DNA of 64,000 nucleotides from Gammaproteobacteria bacterium TMED78 (GCA_002171615.1 NHEF01000005.1:983-64982), one strand, 5' to 3'. Shown: positions 46,658 through 58,172, counted from the first letter of the stretch. Notes: generated by a model from the sequence alone, not told the origin. A program made the numbers and translations.

Positions 46658-46664
46658 TTTTTTT

Positions 46665-47237
46665 CTATGTGTCAATGAAATCCTCAATAAGATCAATTTT
46701 TGAGCTAGAATCAATATTTATGATGTATCTATTTAATGAATTATTCCTATTTAAATATATTTTAAAGGGCATGGCCTCACCCGAAGAGAAAAATATTACA
46801 TGAGGAGATATAGTTTCTTGATTATTTAGATTTAGGCTAGCCTCTAGATTTATTTCTCTATCTTCGATTAGTAAGGATAATGATATTGATTCTCGTAAGT
46901 CGCGAGATGATAGAAGGTTCTCATCTGTAGGCGTATACCATATTTTTCTATTATTATCATATAGATATAAATGATAGCTAGATTTAGTAAAAAGTAACCC
47001 AAAATTTTTATTCCTTACTATTGCTTCTTCATTCATAAGATTTATGAGTGAATTTATCCTAAAAGCCTCCCATTCCAAATCTCTATCAACTCCTGCGGTA
47101 TTTATTGATAAAACTGTTGTACCAATAAAAATACCTATGATTACCAATACAACAAGAATTTCTATCAGTGAGAATCCTCTAGCTAATTTTTTATTATTTT
47201 TTTTACTAGTTAATATTCCAATTTCCAATATCTGCAT
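46665..47237 (-). CDS. gspH: Type II secretion system minor pseudopilin H
   Basis: Prepilin motif ARGFSLIEILVVLVIIGI. The only ATG gives an unusually long 21-aa leader and a 32-nt overlap with gspG, so the exact start is uncertain. Confidence 0.75.
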   Translation of the reverse strand: MQILEIGILTSKKNNKKLARGFSLIEILVVLVIIGIFIGTTVLSINTAGVDRDLEWEAFRINSLINLMNEEAIVRNKNFGLLFTKSSYHLYLYDNNRKIWYTPTDENLLSSRDLRESISLSLLIEDREINLEASLNLNNQETISPHVIFFSSGEAMPFKIYLNRNNSLNRYIINIDSSSKIDLIEDFIDT

Positions 47238-47652
47238 CTAAATCTATACCACCTTCTTGCCCATCTGCACCAAAAGAGTAGAGGTCAAATTGACCTCTTT
47301 GACCAGGGTATTGATAATTATAAGTATTATTCCATGGATCTAGTGGAATTCTATCTAGGTATGGCCTCCAATTTGGCGCAATTGCATCGCCGGGATCAAT
47401 TGCTAGAGCTTCTAGGCCAGCTTCAGTTGCCGGATAGCGATAATTATCTAAACGAAAGAGATCTAAAGCAGTTTGTATACTATTTATATCGCTTTCAGTC
47501 CTAGCCACTAGAGCTCGATCAATATTACCAATTACGTTAGGAGCTATAATAGCTACCAATAGCCCCATTATTACTATAACAACCATTATTTCAATAAGAC
47601 TAAAGCCTTTTTGAAGAGTTTTAAGATATTTTAGTTTATTTTTTTTTATCAT
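47206..47652 (-). CDS. gspG: Type II secretion system major pseudopilin G
   Basis: QKGFSLIEIMVVIVIMGLLVAIIAPN...LDPWNNTYNYQYPGQRGQFDLYSFGADGQEGG is canonical GspG. Confidence 0.9.
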   Translation of the reverse strand: MIKKNKLKYLKTLQKGFSLIEIMVVIVIMGLLVAIIAPNVIGNIDRALVARTESDINSIQTALDLFRLDNYRYPATEAGLEALAIDPGDAIAPNWRPYLDRIPLDPWNNTYNYQYPGQRGQFDLYSFGADGQEGGIDLDADIGNWNIN

Positions 47653-47750
47653 CGCCCTTAACCATTATCTTATTTTCAAATTAATTTAAATAAATAAATT
47701 CTTATTATAATATAATCTATCACTAACAACTATTCAGATTGATATAAGAA

Positions 47751-48524
47751 ATGATTGATAAGCAAAAAAACAAATCGCCTTATGGCCTTGATGGCGAAGT
47801 AGCATTGATAACTGGCGCGTCGAGAGGTATTGGTCGCTCAATATGCATAACCTTAGCATCCCAGGGAGCTGTTGTTATAGGTTCGTCCACATCAAAAAAA
47901 GGATCAGAATCTATATCAAATTACCTTAAAGAGCTGGGACTTAAAGGAAGGGGTGTTGAGTTAGAGTTGAATGATCATGAAAATATCGAAAGATTGTTTA
48001 AAGATATTATAAATAATGAGGGTTACCCCACTATTGTTGTTAATAATGCTGGCATTACTAGAGATGGTCTATTGATGAGGATGAAGCCAGATGAATGGAA
48101 TGATGTTATTTCAACAAATTTAACCTCAATTTATTGGATATCTAAAGCATCTATCAGAGGTATGCTAAAAGAAAAAAAAGGCAGGATTATCAATATATCT
48201 TCAGTAGTTGGAGTTACTGGAAATCCCGGGCAAACAAATTATTCGGCCGCAAAAGCTGGGATAATAGGTTTCACTAAATCTTTGAGTCGAGAGCTAGCCT
48301 CAAGAAACATAACTGTTAATTGCGTAGCACCTGGATACATAAAAACAGATATGACAGAGATGATAAGTGAATCAATAAGAGAGGATATAATTAGTAATAT
48401 TCCACTTTTAAGACTTGGCAATCCAGAAGATGTAGCCTCTGCTGTTTTGTTTTTGTCTTCTGATGCTGCGTCTTATATTACTGGTGAGACGTTAAATATT
48501 AATGGCGGCTTAGCCATGATTTAA
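47751..48524 (+). CDS. fabG: 3-oxoacyl-ACP reductase
   Basis: SDR motifs (TGASRGIG, NNAGIT, YSAAKAG). Upstream of acpP. Confidence 0.9.
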   Translation: MIDKQKNKSPYGLDGEVALITGASRGIGRSICITLASQGAVVIGSSTSKKGSESISNYLKELGLKGRGVELELNDHENIERLFKDIINNEGYPTIVVNNAGITRDGLLMRMKPDEWNDVISTNLTSIYWISKASIRGMLKEKKGRIINISSVVGVTGNPGQTNYSAAKAGIIGFTKSLSRELASRNITVNCVAPGYIKTDMTEMISESIREDIISNIPLLRLGNPEDVASAVLFLSSDAASYITGETLNINGGLAMI

Positions 48525-48592
48525 CACAAATTTGCTTTTATAAGTTATTGATATATAGATATTTATTTCTAAGTGTGGATTGAATGCTAACT

Positions 48593-48621
48593 TTGACATA
48601 AAATACGCCACTTATTAGATT
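48593..48621 (+). promoter_or_regulatory. Candidate sigma70 promoter for acpP
   Basis: TTGACA, 17 nt, TAGATT, located about 40 nt upstream of the acpP ATG. Confidence 0.4.
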
Positions 48622-48661
48622 TTGTTTGTTATGTATTTAACATCTGTATGAGGGAGAAAAT

Positions 48662-48895
48662 ATGAGCACTATCGAAGATCAAGTAAAGTCAATTATTTCT
48701 GAACAATTAGGGGTAAAGCTAGAGGACATTAGAAACGATGCGTCCTTTGTAGATGATTTAGGCGCAGATTCATTAGATACCGTTGAGCTTGTTATGGCTT
48801 TAGAAGAGGAGTTTGATGCGGAAATTCCAGATGAGGTAGCTGAGAAAATTACCACAGTTCAGAATGCTATAGACTACGTTAGTTCAAATAAGTAA
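48662..48895 (+). CDS. acpP: Acyl carrier protein
   Basis: 77 aa with the [20 protein letters not shown] phosphopantetheine-Ser motif. Confidence 0.97.
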   Translation: MSTIEDQVKSIISEQLGVKLEDIRNDASFVDDLGADSLDTVELVMALEEEFDAEIPDEVAEKITTVQNAIDYVSSNK

Positions 48896-48957
48896 TTTCT
48901 AAAATTATTTTTATACTTTATTTATAGTATTTTTACCATAGTGAGCTCTTTAATAAT

Positions 48958-50205
48958 ATGGCTACAATAAAAAATAAAAGAGTTGTTGTTACAGGATTAG
49001 GCTTGATTACACCTAATGGAAATAATACAAATGATTCTTGGAATAATGTTGTCAATGGAAAGAGTGGAATCTCAGTGATTGATACATTTGATACAGAAAA
49101 ATTTTCTGTAAAGATTGGTGGCGTCATAAAGAACTTTGATGTTGGTCCATATATGGATCATAAGCATGCTAGAAATTCAGATTTATTTATTCATTATGGC
49201 GTAGCCGCATGCAAACAAGCCTTTGATGATTCTGGGCTTGTAGTGGAAGAGTCTGAAGCACATAGATTTGGAGTATCAATGGGCTCAGGAATTGGCGGTT
49301 TAAGTACTATAGAAAAAAATTATGAACGTTTTCAATCTGGAGGTGCCAGAAAAATCTCTCCTTTTTTTGTTCCTGGCAGTATTATCAATATGGTTTCTGG
49401 ACATGTTTCTATAGATTTAGGAATGAAGGGACCTAATTTGTGCTTAGTTACAGCGTGTGCCACCTCCGCTCATTGTATTGGCTTGGGAGCAAGGCTTATA
49501 TCAGCTGGTGATGCAGATGTAATGTTAACTGGCGGTTCTGAATATGCTACTACTCCTTTAGGAATTGGCGGTTTTGCTTCTGCAAGAGCTCTTTCTACTC
49601 GAAACGAGTCACCCGAAGAGGCTAGTAGACCTTGGGATAGAGATAGGGATGGATTTGTTCTTAGCGATGGGTCAGCATGTTTAGTTCTAGAAGAATATGA
49701 AAGAGCAAAAAAAAGAGGTGCAAAAATATATGCTGAGATTATAGGTTTTGGGATGACTGGAGATGCAAATCATATTACTGCTCCTGCTGATGATGGGGCC
49801 GGTGCAAATCAGTGTATGAAGCAAGCTCTAGAGGATGCTCAAATTAATAAAGAGGATATTAATTATATAAATGCCCATGGAACCTCTACTCCTCTGGGTG
49901 ATCTAGCAGAGACAAAGGCTATAAAAGGAACTTTTGGTGACTATTCAAAAAAAATTATGGTTAGCTCTACAAAATCTACGACTGGCCATTTACTTGGAGC
50001 GGCTGGTGGAGCTGAAGCAATTTTTACCATTCTCGCTACAAAAAATAAAATTATCCCTCCAACGATCAATTTAGACAACCAAGATCCGGATTGTGATCTT
50101 GATTATACGCCTAATAATGCTCGAGAAATTGAAATTAATTATTCACTATCAAACTCATTTGGCTTTGGCGGAACCAATGCTTCACTTATATTTGCTAAAA
50201 TATAA
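48958..50205 (+). CDS. fabF: 3-oxoacyl-ACP synthase II
   Basis: 415 aa with the active-site region TACATSAH, plus NAHGTSTP and SFGFGGTN. Confidence 0.95.
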   Translation: MATIKNKRVVVTGLGLITPNGNNTNDSWNNVVNGKSGISVIDTFDTEKFSVKIGGVIKNFDVGPYMDHKHARNSDLFIHYGVAACKQAFDDSGLVVEESEAHRFGVSMGSGIGGLSTIEKNYERFQSGGARKISPFFVPGSIINMVSGHVSIDLGMKGPNLCLVTACATSAHCIGLGARLISAGDADVMLTGGSEYATTPLGIGGFASARALSTRNESPEEASRPWDRDRDGFVLSDGSACLVLEEYERAKKRGAKIYAEIIGFGMTGDANHITAPADDGAGANQCMKQALEDAQINKEDINYINAHGTSTPLGDLAETKAIKGTFGDYSKKIMVSSTKSTTGHLLGAAGGAEAIFTILATKNKIIPPTINLDNQDPDCDLDYTPNNAREIEINYSLSNSFGFGGTNASLIFAKI

Positions 50206-50233
50206 TTTTGATTTATAGAGTTGCTAGATTTTT

Positions 50234-51235
50234 ATGCTTCGATATAAAAATTTTCTATCTTTATTTTTTATCAGCACTCTACTAACCGTTCTTTTAGTAG
50301 CGTTTATTTCTTTGTGGGAGGTTATAACTCCTCATAATCTAGTTGATCAGGTAATCATAATTGAACCAGGCGCCTCTTTCATTCAAGTTGCAGATGAGTT
50401 AAAGGATATGGGTGTAATTAATTCTCCATTTATACTAACCTCTTATAAAAAATTTTTTAGACCTAAGTCTTTTATTAAGTCAGGTGAGTATTTAATTAAC
50501 TCTAATGACTCACCAATAAGTATTGTTGATAATTTATTCGAGGGAAGGGTTTTATTCCATCAATTTACAATTATTGAGGGTTGGACCTTTACCCAGCTTC
50601 TAAACAATCTAAGGTCTCATTCAGTAGTAAATGCAACCAACATGACTGATTCGGAGATTATAGATAGATTAGGAATTAATCTTGATAGTTTAGAGGGTCA
50701 GTTTTTGGCTGAAACTTATAACTTTGTTAGAGGGGATAGTGATATTGACATTCTAACTAACGCTCATAATTTATTAAAAGATACTCTTAATGAGGCTTGG
50801 AAGATTGGTAAAAATAATGTCCTGAATGATCCATATCAAGCTCTTGTTTTAGCCTCTATTATTGAAAAAGAAACAGCTTTGAGTGATGAGAGATATATTA
50901 TTTCCGGGGTATTCACAAAGAGATTGGAAAAGAAAATGAGGCTTCAATCTGACCCCACAGTTATATATGGCTTAGGAAATAATTTTTCTGGTGATATTAC
51001 AAAAGATGATCTTAATGATTTAAATGAATACAATACTTATAGGATTGATGGATTGCCACCTACTCCAATTTGTTTGGTAGGTAAAGACTCTATACTATCT
51101 GCTGTTTTTCCTGATAATAATAATTATTTATACTTTGTTGCTACAGGTAATAGTGATGGTAAACATTTCTTTTCTTCTTCACTGGCGGACCATAATAGGG
51201 CGGTGGAAAAGTATTTATCTAATATTAAATATTAG
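50234..51235 (+). CDS. mltG: Endolytic murein transglycosylase, YceG family
   Basis: N-terminal transmembrane segment and YceG motifs (LASIIEKE, LQSDPTVIYG, YNTYRIDGLPPTPI). Conserved position before tmk. Confidence 0.85.
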   Translation: MLRYKNFLSLFFISTLLTVLLVAFISLWEVITPHNLVDQVIIIEPGASFIQVADELKDMGVINSPFILTSYKKFFRPKSFIKSGEYLINSNDSPISIVDNLFEGRVLFHQFTIIEGWTFTQLLNNLRSHSVVNATNMTDSEIIDRLGINLDSLEGQFLAETYNFVRGDSDIDILTNAHNLLKDTLNEAWKIGKNNVLNDPYQALVLASIIEKETALSDERYIISGVFTKRLEKKMRLQSDPTVIYGLGNNFSGDITKDDLNDLNEYNTYRIDGLPPTPICLVGKDSILSAVFPDNNNYLYFVATGNSDGKHFFSSSLADHNRAVEKYLSNIKY

Positions 51236-51258
51236 TTTTTTAGGAGCTTTAGAAAAAA

Positions 51259-51891
51259 ATGAAAGGATCTTTTATTACTTTAGAGGGAATTGAAGGAGTA
51301 GGTAAAACTACAAATACTTCTTTTATTAAAAATTTTTTAGAAAACTCAGGAAAAAAAGTTTTAGTTACTAGAGAGCCAGGAGGAACGAGCTTTGGGGAGA
51401 ATTTACGTGAAATAATCCTTGAAGAGAAAGATTATAAGTTATCTATTATTACAGAATGTTTGATAATGTTTGCGGCAAGAAGTCAGCATATTGAAGAGGT
51501 TATTAAACCAGCACTTAGCGATGATTATTATGTTGTTTGTGACAGGTTTACTGATGCGACTTATGCATACCAAGGAGGAGGGAGAGGGCTTCCAAAAGAT
51601 GTTATTGATCATTTAAAATATATTGTTCATCCTGATTTAGAACCAGATTTGACAATATATTTAGATGCTCCAGAAAAAATAAGCTTTTCTAGAATAGAAG
51701 ATAGAAATAAAGATAGCTTTGAAAAAGAAGATTTAGCATTCTTTAAAAACGTAAGGAGTAGTTATCTAGAGCAGGCATCACTTCATCAAGATAGAATAAT
51801 GATAGTCGATGCTTCTAACTCTTTAGATGAGGTCCAGAAAGATATTTCCCACTATTTAAAGGTATTATTAGATAGAAATAGCGATGTTTAA
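51259..51891 (+). CDS. tmk: Thymidylate kinase
   Basis: FITLEGIEGVGKTT P-loop, TREPGGT, CDRFTDATYAYQG. Confidence 0.92.
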   Translation: MKGSFITLEGIEGVGKTTNTSFIKNFLENSGKKVLVTREPGGTSFGENLREIILEEKDYKLSIITECLIMFAARSQHIEEVIKPALSDDYYVVCDRFTDATYAYQGGGRGLPKDVIDHLKYIVHPDLEPDLTIYLDAPEKISFSRIEDRNKDSFEKEDLAFFKNVRSSYLEQASLHQDRIMIVDASNSLDEVQKDISHYLKVLLDRNSDV

Positions 51892-52885
51892 GAAAAATGA
51901 AGAGTTTGCTTATTTATTACCTTGGCTTGAAAATTCTTATAAGAAAATAATTAAATCATATAGAAACAAGACGTTGCCTCAATCGCTTATTATCTCTGGG
52001 CTTCCAGACACTGGCAGGCGTAACTTAGCATTTGTGTTGTCTACTAGTTTATTCTTAGACTATGATTTTTACCCAAAATCTATGGATGTAAATTCCTATA
52101 CTGAATTCTTGGAATTATTAAATACCAATATTGACCATCATCCTGATTTGTATTGGGTTCATCCTCATGAAAAGAAAACTATTTCTATTGATCAAATTAG
52201 AAATTTTATAAAAGATATTCATCTAAAAAGTCATCAAGGTGGTAATAAGGTAGTTATTATAGATACTGCTGATCTACTTACAGCTCAGTCAACAAACTCT
52301 ATACTAAAGACATTAGAAGAGCCCCCTGATGATACTTATATTTTGCTTATTTCAAGCAATATAGGCTCATTATTGCCCACAGTTAGAAGCAGGTGCCAGG
52401 TTATTCAAGTCCCTACACCAAGAATTATAGATTCTATAGACTGGCTTAAGTCATCACCTAGTAGTTTTGACGATAAATCATGGAGTGTATTACTTAATAT
52501 TTGTGATTTTTTGCCTTTAAGAGCCATAAGAATGGAAAGCTCTCCACTTTTAGAAAGGTTTAATAAAGCTATTGATAAGTTAAAGAGAGTTTACAATGGC
52601 GAAGTCGCGCTTCAGGATATAGTTACTGAAATAGTCAATAATGATTTCGAAGATTTTTTAACATGGTTGATAATTGCACTAAAGTTAGATATTAAGAATG
52701 ATTTTAATCTGAAGGATGAGCATAGCCAAAATGTATTTGATGCATTTAATCCTTTATTTAAAAGCTTAACAACAAAAAAAAAGCTACAGCAATTAGATTT
52801 AGTTGAATATTTAAAAAAAAATCTAAATAGTGGATTGAATAAAGAAGTAGCCTTAAGAAATATTTTATTACAGTTTAGTAGGTAA
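51884..52885 (+). CDS. holB: DNA polymerase III delta-prime subunit
   Basis: Position after tmk. Clamp-loader features NSILKTLEEPP and SRCQ. Confidence 0.8.
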   Translation: MFKKNEEFAYLLPWLENSYKKIIKSYRNKTLPQSLIISGLPDTGRRNLAFVLSTSLFLDYDFYPKSMDVNSYTEFLELLNTNIDHHPDLYWVHPHEKKTISIDQIRNFIKDIHLKSHQGGNKVVIIDTADLLTAQSTNSILKTLEEPPDDTYILLISSNIGSLLPTVRSRCQVIQVPTPRIIDSIDWLKSSPSSFDDKSWSVLLNICDFLPLRAIRMESSPLLERFNKAIDKLKRVYNGEVALQDIVTEIVNNDFEDFLTWLIIALKLDIKNDFNLKDEHSQNVFDAFNPLFKSLTTKKKLQQLDLVEYLKKNLNSGLNKEVALRNILLQFSR

Positions 52886-52896
52886 TTTTTATTTAT

Positions 52897-55527
52897 TTAA
52901 GAGTCTTTGTCTTTATTAGCTAATTGCCTTAAGACGTAATGAAGAATGCCACCATTTATATAGTATTCTTGCTCTTTTGGTGTATCAATTCTAATTTTAG
53001 CATCAAATTTTATTTTACTGCCTTTATCATTCGTCATCACTATTTTAGCGATTTTGCTCCTACCTTGATCAATTTCTAATATATCAAAATATTCATTACC
53101 AGAAATATTAAGAGTTTCGGCGGACTCTCCTTCTAGGAATTGTAGGGGAAGTACTCCCATGCCTATTAGATTAGATCGATGTATTCTTTCAAAACTTTCA
53201 ACTATTACTGCTTTTATACCTAATAACATTGTACCTTTTGCTGCCCAATCTCTAGATGAGCCTGATCCATATTCTTTTCCAGCTATTACAACTAAAGGAA
53301 TATTATCTTTTTTATATAATTTTGCAGCATCAAAAATATTCATTTTTTCATTACTAGGGAAATATTTTGTCCAGCTACCTTCGGTTCCTGGTGCTAGTTT
53401 GTTTTTAAGCCTAATATTAGCAAAGGTACCTCTCATCATTACTTCATGATTACCTCTTCTTGATCCGTATGAATTAAAATCATTTTCCTTGATACCATTT
53501 AATTTAAGATACTTCGCTGCTGGACTATCTGATGCTATTGATCCTGCAGGAGAGATGTGATCAGTTGTGATTGAATCACCAAGCAGAAGTAAAGCTCTTG
53601 CTTTTCTTATATCTTCTTTTGGTTCAATGCACATACTGATATTTTCAAAATAGGGCGGATTTTTTACATATGTTGATTCACTATCCCAACTATAGTTTTC
53701 ACCAGTACTAGTCTCTAAGTTATTCCAATTATCTTCACCTTTAAAAACCTCCGAGTAGCTTTTAGAAAACATTGAGGCGTTTAGATTATTTTTGATAGAG
53801 TCATTGATTTCCTTACTAGTAGGCCATATGTCTTTTAGAAAGACAGCATTTTTATTTTTATCATATCCGATTGGCTCCTTATAAAGATCGATCTTCATAT
53901 TTCCCGCGAGAGCATAGGCTACCACTAATGGTGGAGAAGCAAGAAAATTCATTTTCACGAGTGGATGAATCCTACCTTCAAAGTTCCTATTGCCCGAAAC
54001 AACAGAGCAGCCCGTTATATCATTAGCCTTTACTTCTTCTGATATATCTTCTCGGAGCGGACCTGAATTGCCTATACATGTAGTACATCCATATCCAACT
54101 ATATTAAAGCCTAGATTATTAAGATTAGATAGTAAGTTAGCTGATTCTAGATAGTCTTTTACTACTTTTGAGCCTGGTGCTAGTGAAGTTTTAACCCAGT
54201 CTTTAGTTTTCAGGCCTTTTTCAAGCGCTTTTTTTGCTAAAAGCCCTGCTGCAATCATTACTGCCGGGTTAGATGTATTGGTACAACTAGTAATAGCAGC
54301 AATAAGAACATCTCCATGATTTAATGATTTGCTTTTATTATTCGGGCTATCTAATAAGTATTTTTTTATTTCAGTAGAAGTATTTTTAAGTGAGATTCTA
54401 TCTTGTGGTCTTTTTGGACCAGCAATACTAGGGACTACAGAATCTAAGTCTAATTCTAATGTATCTGTATAGCTAATATTTTCATTGCCCCAAATACCTT
54501 GTTCTTTTGCATAGTACTCAACTAAATCAATATTTGTCTGATCTCTTCCTGATAACTTAAGGTAATTAAGTGTTTCATTATCGATCGGAAAAACGGCACA
54601 AGTGCTACCAAATTCTGGTGACATATTACCAAGTGTCGCTCTATCAGCAAGAGGGAGAGAACTTAAGCCAGACCCAAAAAACTCAACAAATTTTCCAACT
54701 ACCCCGTAGCTTCTGAGCATCTCTGTTATTGTCAGAACAAGATCAGTAGCAGTTGCGCCCTCAGAAAGCTCTCCTTTTAAGTTGAAGCCAATGACTTGTG
54801 GTATGAGCATTGTTACAGGCTGGCCAAGCATAGCGGCTTCTGCTTCTATACCTCCAACACCCCATCCTAGGACACCTAGACCATTGACCATGGTTGTATG
54901 TGAGTCAGTTCCAACTAAGGTATCTGGATAAGCTAGAACTCCTTCCTTAGTTTTGACAGAGAAGACAACTCTACTTAGGTATTCAAGGTTTACTTGGTGG
55001 ACTATTCCTGTATTAGGCGGAACAACTTTAAAGTTTTTAAAAGCTGATTGACCCCACTTCAAGAAAGAGTAACGCTCTTTATTTCTCAGAAATTCTATTT
55101 TATTGTTTTCAGCTAGAGAGTTTTTTGAACCATAGCTATCTACCTGAACAGAATGATCAATTACTAGCTCGGCAGGAGATAGTGGATTAATCGAGCTAGC
55201 TTTTCCACCTAACTTAACCATTGCGTCCCTCATAGCAGCTAAGTCGACTACCGCAGGTACTCCAGTGAAATCCTGAAGAATTACCCTAGCAGGTGTAAAA
55301 GCAATTTCTTTATTAGGCTGTGCCTTAGGGTCCCATGAAGCCAAAGAAAGAATATCATCAGAAGATATATTCTCACCATCTTCAAACCTAAGTAAGTTTT
55401 CAAGGAGTATTTTTAAAGTATAGGGAAGTCTACTAATATTGTCATTATCAATAGAATTTAAGTCATAGAATTTATATTTATCGTTATTAACCGTTAGGTT
55501 CTTAAGGGCATTAAAGCTATTTTTCAT
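52897..55527 (-). CDS. acnA: Aconitate hydratase A
   Basis: 876 aa with IRP/AcnA-type motifs ([36 protein letters not shown]). Confidence 0.95.
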   Translation of the reverse strand: MKNSFNALKNLTVNNDKYKFYDLNSIDNDNISRLPYTLKILLENLLRFEDGENISSDDILSLASWDPKAQPNKEIAFTPARVILQDFTGVPAVVDLAAMRDAMVKLGGKASSINPLSPAELVIDHSVQVDSYGSKNSLAENNKIEFLRNKERYSFLKWGQSAFKNFKVVPPNTGIVHQVNLEYLSRVVFSVKTKEGVLAYPDTLVGTDSHTTMVNGLGVLGWGVGGIEAEAAMLGQPVTMLIPQVIGFNLKGELSEGATATDLVLTITEMLRSYGVVGKFVEFFGSGLSSLPLADRATLGNMSPEFGSTCAVFPIDNETLNYLKLSGRDQTNIDLVEYYAKEQGIWGNENISYTDTLELDLDSVVPSIAGPKRPQDRISLKNTSTEIKKYLLDSPNNKSKSLNHGDVLIAAITSCTNTSNPAVMIAAGLLAKKALEKGLKTKDWVKTSLAPGSKVVKDYLESANLLSNLNNLGFNIVGYGCTTCIGNSGPLREDISEEVKANDITGCSVVSGNRNFEGRIHPLVKMNFLASPPLVVAYALAGNMKIDLYKEPIGYDKNKNAVFLKDIWPTSKEINDSIKNNLNASMFSKSYSEVFKGEDNWNNLETSTGENYSWDSESTYVKNPPYFENISMCIEPKEDIRKARALLLLGDSITTDHISPAGSIASDSPAAKYLKLNGIKENDFNSYGSRRGNHEVMMRGTFANIRLKNKLAPGTEGSWTKYFPSNEKMNIFDAAKLYKKDNIPLVVIAGKEYGSGSSRDWAAKGTMLLGIKAVIVESFERIHRSNLIGMGVLPLQFLEGESAETLNISGNEYFDILEIDQGRSKIAKIVMTNDKGSKIKFDAKIRIDTPKEQEYYINGGILHYVLRQLANKDKDS

Positions 55528-55536
55528 GATTTTTGC

Positions 55537-56640
55537 CTAGTCTAGATCACTTATTTTGTCTATTATAGCACCTCCTAGACAATATTCGTTCTTATAAAAA
55601 ACAATATATTGACCTGGGGTTATTGATCTTTGTGGTTTTTCAAATTCTACTTTAATAGAGCTGTTACTTAAGATAGTTAGTTTACATAATTGATCATCTT
55701 GCCTATATCTAATCTTTGCATTACATATAAAAAAACCATTTTCTTTAAGCTCTAAGGGCATGCCATTAATCCAGTGACAATTCGGCTTTGTTAGTAATTT
55801 TTTTTTAAATAGTAATGGATGATCTTTACCCTGAGCTACAATTATTTCATTATTTATCTGATCTTTTTTTACTACATACCAAGGCCTTTCATCATTTTTT
55901 GATGTGCCTCCGATTCCTAGCCCCTGTCTTTGTCCTAGTGTGTAGTAGGGAAGTCCTATATGGCTACCTAAGACTTGTCCATGAATATCTTTAATATCAC
56001 CTGGTTTTTTATCTATGTAGTTACTTAAAAACTCTGTGAATGGTCTTTCTCCTATAAAGCATATGCCAGTGCTATCTTTTTTTTTAGCTATATGCAACCC
56101 TATTGATTTTGCTATTTCTCTAACTTCAGATTTATATTTATTACCAAGTGGAAAAATCACATTTGCAAATTCTTTTGCATCAACAGCATGGAGAAAGTAG
56201 GTTTGGTCTTTTGATCTATCTTTACCCTTTAATAGAAGTACTTTTGAGTTATCAGTTATAATATTTGCATAATGACCAGTAGCTAAGTATTTCCCACCTA
56301 GTCTTTTTATGTATTTTTGAAGAACGCCAAATTTTATATTTTTATTACACAGAATGTCTGGGTTTGGAGTTCTTCCATTTCTATATTCACTTAAGAAATT
56401 CTTAAAAACTGTTTTTTTATAGCTATCAGAAAAATTTACTCTATGAAGAGCTATATCTAGCTGGTTACATACTTTTTTAGCATCTTTGTAATCTTGAGCA
56501 GATTCACAATATTTATCATCTTCCCAATTTGTCATATGAAGAGCTTCAACTTCATAACCTTCTTTTTTTAATAAAAAAGCAGAGGTAGCTGAATCTACAC
56601 CTCCAGATAAGGCAACTATAACAAGTTCTTTTTTATTCAT
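55537..56640 (-). CDS. mnmA: tRNA 2-thiouridine(34) synthase
   Basis: VALSGGVDS PP-loop, NPDILCN, KDQTYFL. Confidence 0.92.
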   Translation of the reverse strand: MNKKELVIVALSGGVDSATSAFLLKKEGYEVEALHMTNWEDDKYCESAQDYKDAKKVCNQLDIALHRVNFSDSYKKTVFKNFLSEYRNGRTPNPDILCNKNIKFGVLQKYIKRLGGKYLATGHYANIITDNSKVLLLKGKDRSKDQTYFLHAVDAKEFANVIFPLGNKYKSEVREIAKSIGLHIAKKKDSTGICFIGERPFTEFLSNYIDKKPGDIKDIHGQVLGSHIGLPYYTLGQRQGLGIGGTSKNDERPWYVVKKDQINNEIIVAQGKDHPLLFKKKLLTKPNCHWINGMPLELKENGFFICNAKIRYRQDDQLCKLTILSNSSIKVEFEKPQRSITPGQYIVFYKNEYCLGGAIIDKISDLD

Positions 56641-56659
56641 ACTGAAAATTTGAGATAAT

Positions 56660-58051
56660 TTATTTATCCTTTAGATTATCTGAATTAGCAAGATCAATAG
56701 CTAATCCAACGTAATCTTCAGGAGATAGTAGCAAGAGCATATTTTTATCATCTTCTGGTATTCCATCTATAGAGCTAATAAATACCTTAAGATCTTCTTT
56801 TGTTATTTGCTTTCCTCTTGTAAGGTTTTTTAGTTGATCATAAGCATCAGAAATACCATATTTTCTCATTACAGTTTGTATAGGTTCAGCCAATAGCTCA
56901 TAATTTTTTGCTAAATCAGATGATATTTTTTTAATATCAGGCTCAACTTTATTTATCCCATTAAGGCATGATTCAATAGCTAATAAACTATGTCCAATAC
57001 CTATAGCTGAGCTCCTTAAGCAAGTAGAGTCGGTAAGGTCCCTTTGCCATCTTGATTGAGGAAGTTTGTTTGACAGAAATCCTAGATTTGCATTAGCAAC
57101 ACCTAAATTACCTTCAGCATTTTCAAAATCAATAGGATTTACTTTATGAGGCATAGTAGATGAGCCTACCTCTTTATTATTAATTATTGATTTAAAGTAG
57201 CCTAAGCTAATGTAGCTCCACATGTCCTGACAAAGATCAATTATAACTGTATTTAACCTCATTAACGATTGCATATATTCTGATATCCAATCATGAGACT
57301 CAATTTGTGTTGTGTGTGTTGATTGAGTCAGGTCAAAATTTTCGATAAATTGTTTTGTTTCATTGGTCCAGTTTACATCGGGATATGCAATTACATGGGC
57401 GTTGTAGTTTCCAACAGCACCATTCATCTTGCCATAGATATTTATTGCCAATAATCTATCTAGTTGATTTTTCAGCCTTATGTGATAAACAGATAATTCT
57501 TTGCCTAGTGTAGTTGGAGTTGCTGCTTGACCATGAGTTCTTGATAGCATGGCTATTTTAGAGTATTTTCTAGAAAGGTGGCTAAGTTTAGTAATTAGAG
57601 AAGTAAGCCAACCTTCCAATAAGTTACTTCTTACATCTTTTAGCATTAAAGCATAGGACAGGTTATTTATATCCTCCGAAGTACATGCAAAATGAATAAA
57701 GGATAAAACTTTATTATTAGCACCAGCAGTTGAAAGTTTTTTTGCTAAATAATACTCAACAGCTTTAACATCATGATTCGTCTCAGCTTCAATATTTTTG
57801 ACTTCTAGCGCATCATTTGGTGAAAAATTATGTACTAAATCACTTAAACTGTTATCTATTTCTTTGCTTAATTTATCTAAATGAGGAATAGAGTCTAGTT
57901 CGGATAGATATTTCAACCAAGCAATTTCTATAATTACTCTATATTTTATTAATCCAAATTCTGACATGTATCCTCTCAGATCAGAAATACTAGATTTTTG
58001 AGAGTATCTTCCATCAATTGGAGACAAGGCTGTTATATTGTGTAATTCCAA
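56660..58051 (-). CDS. purB: Adenylosuccinate lyase
   Basis: TTG start. LSPIDGRYS and the SSTMPHKVNP signature. 463 aa. Confidence 0.92.
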   Translation of the reverse strand: MELHNITALSPIDGRYSQKSSISDLRGYMSEFGLIKYRVIIEIAWLKYLSELDSIPHLDKLSKEIDNSLSDLVHNFSPNDALEVKNIEAETNHDVKAVEYYLAKKLSTAGANNKVLSFIHFACTSEDINNLSYALMLKDVRSNLLEGWLTSLITKLSHLSRKYSKIAMLSRTHGQAATPTTLGKELSVYHIRLKNQLDRLLAINIYGKMNGAVGNYNAHVIAYPDVNWTNETKQFIENFDLTQSTHTTQIESHDWISEYMQSLMRLNTVIIDLCQDMWSYISLGYFKSIINNKEVGSSTMPHKVNPIDFENAEGNLGVANANLGFLSNKLPQSRWQRDLTDSTCLRSSAIGIGHSLLAIESCLNGINKVEPDIKKISSDLAKNYELLAEPIQTVMRKYGISDAYDQLKNLTRGKQITKEDLKVFISSIDGIPEDDKNMLLLLSPEDYVGLAIDLANSDNLKDK

Positions 58052-58145
58052 ATTTAATTTCTCTGTGATAACTTCTCTTATATTATGACATCAAATACTC
58101 TCAATATGTACTTTCAGATACTTTCTATCTTGACCATTTGCATTT

Positions 58146-58154
58146 TGCTATAAT
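58146..58154 (+). promoter_or_regulatory. Candidate extended -10 promoter for fumC
   Basis: TGcTATAAT is a perfect extended -10 element. It lies 19 nt upstream of the fumC ATG, with GGGAGGGG as the RBS in between. Confidence 0.4.
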
Positions 58155-58172
58155 TTTTATCAGGGAGGGGCT

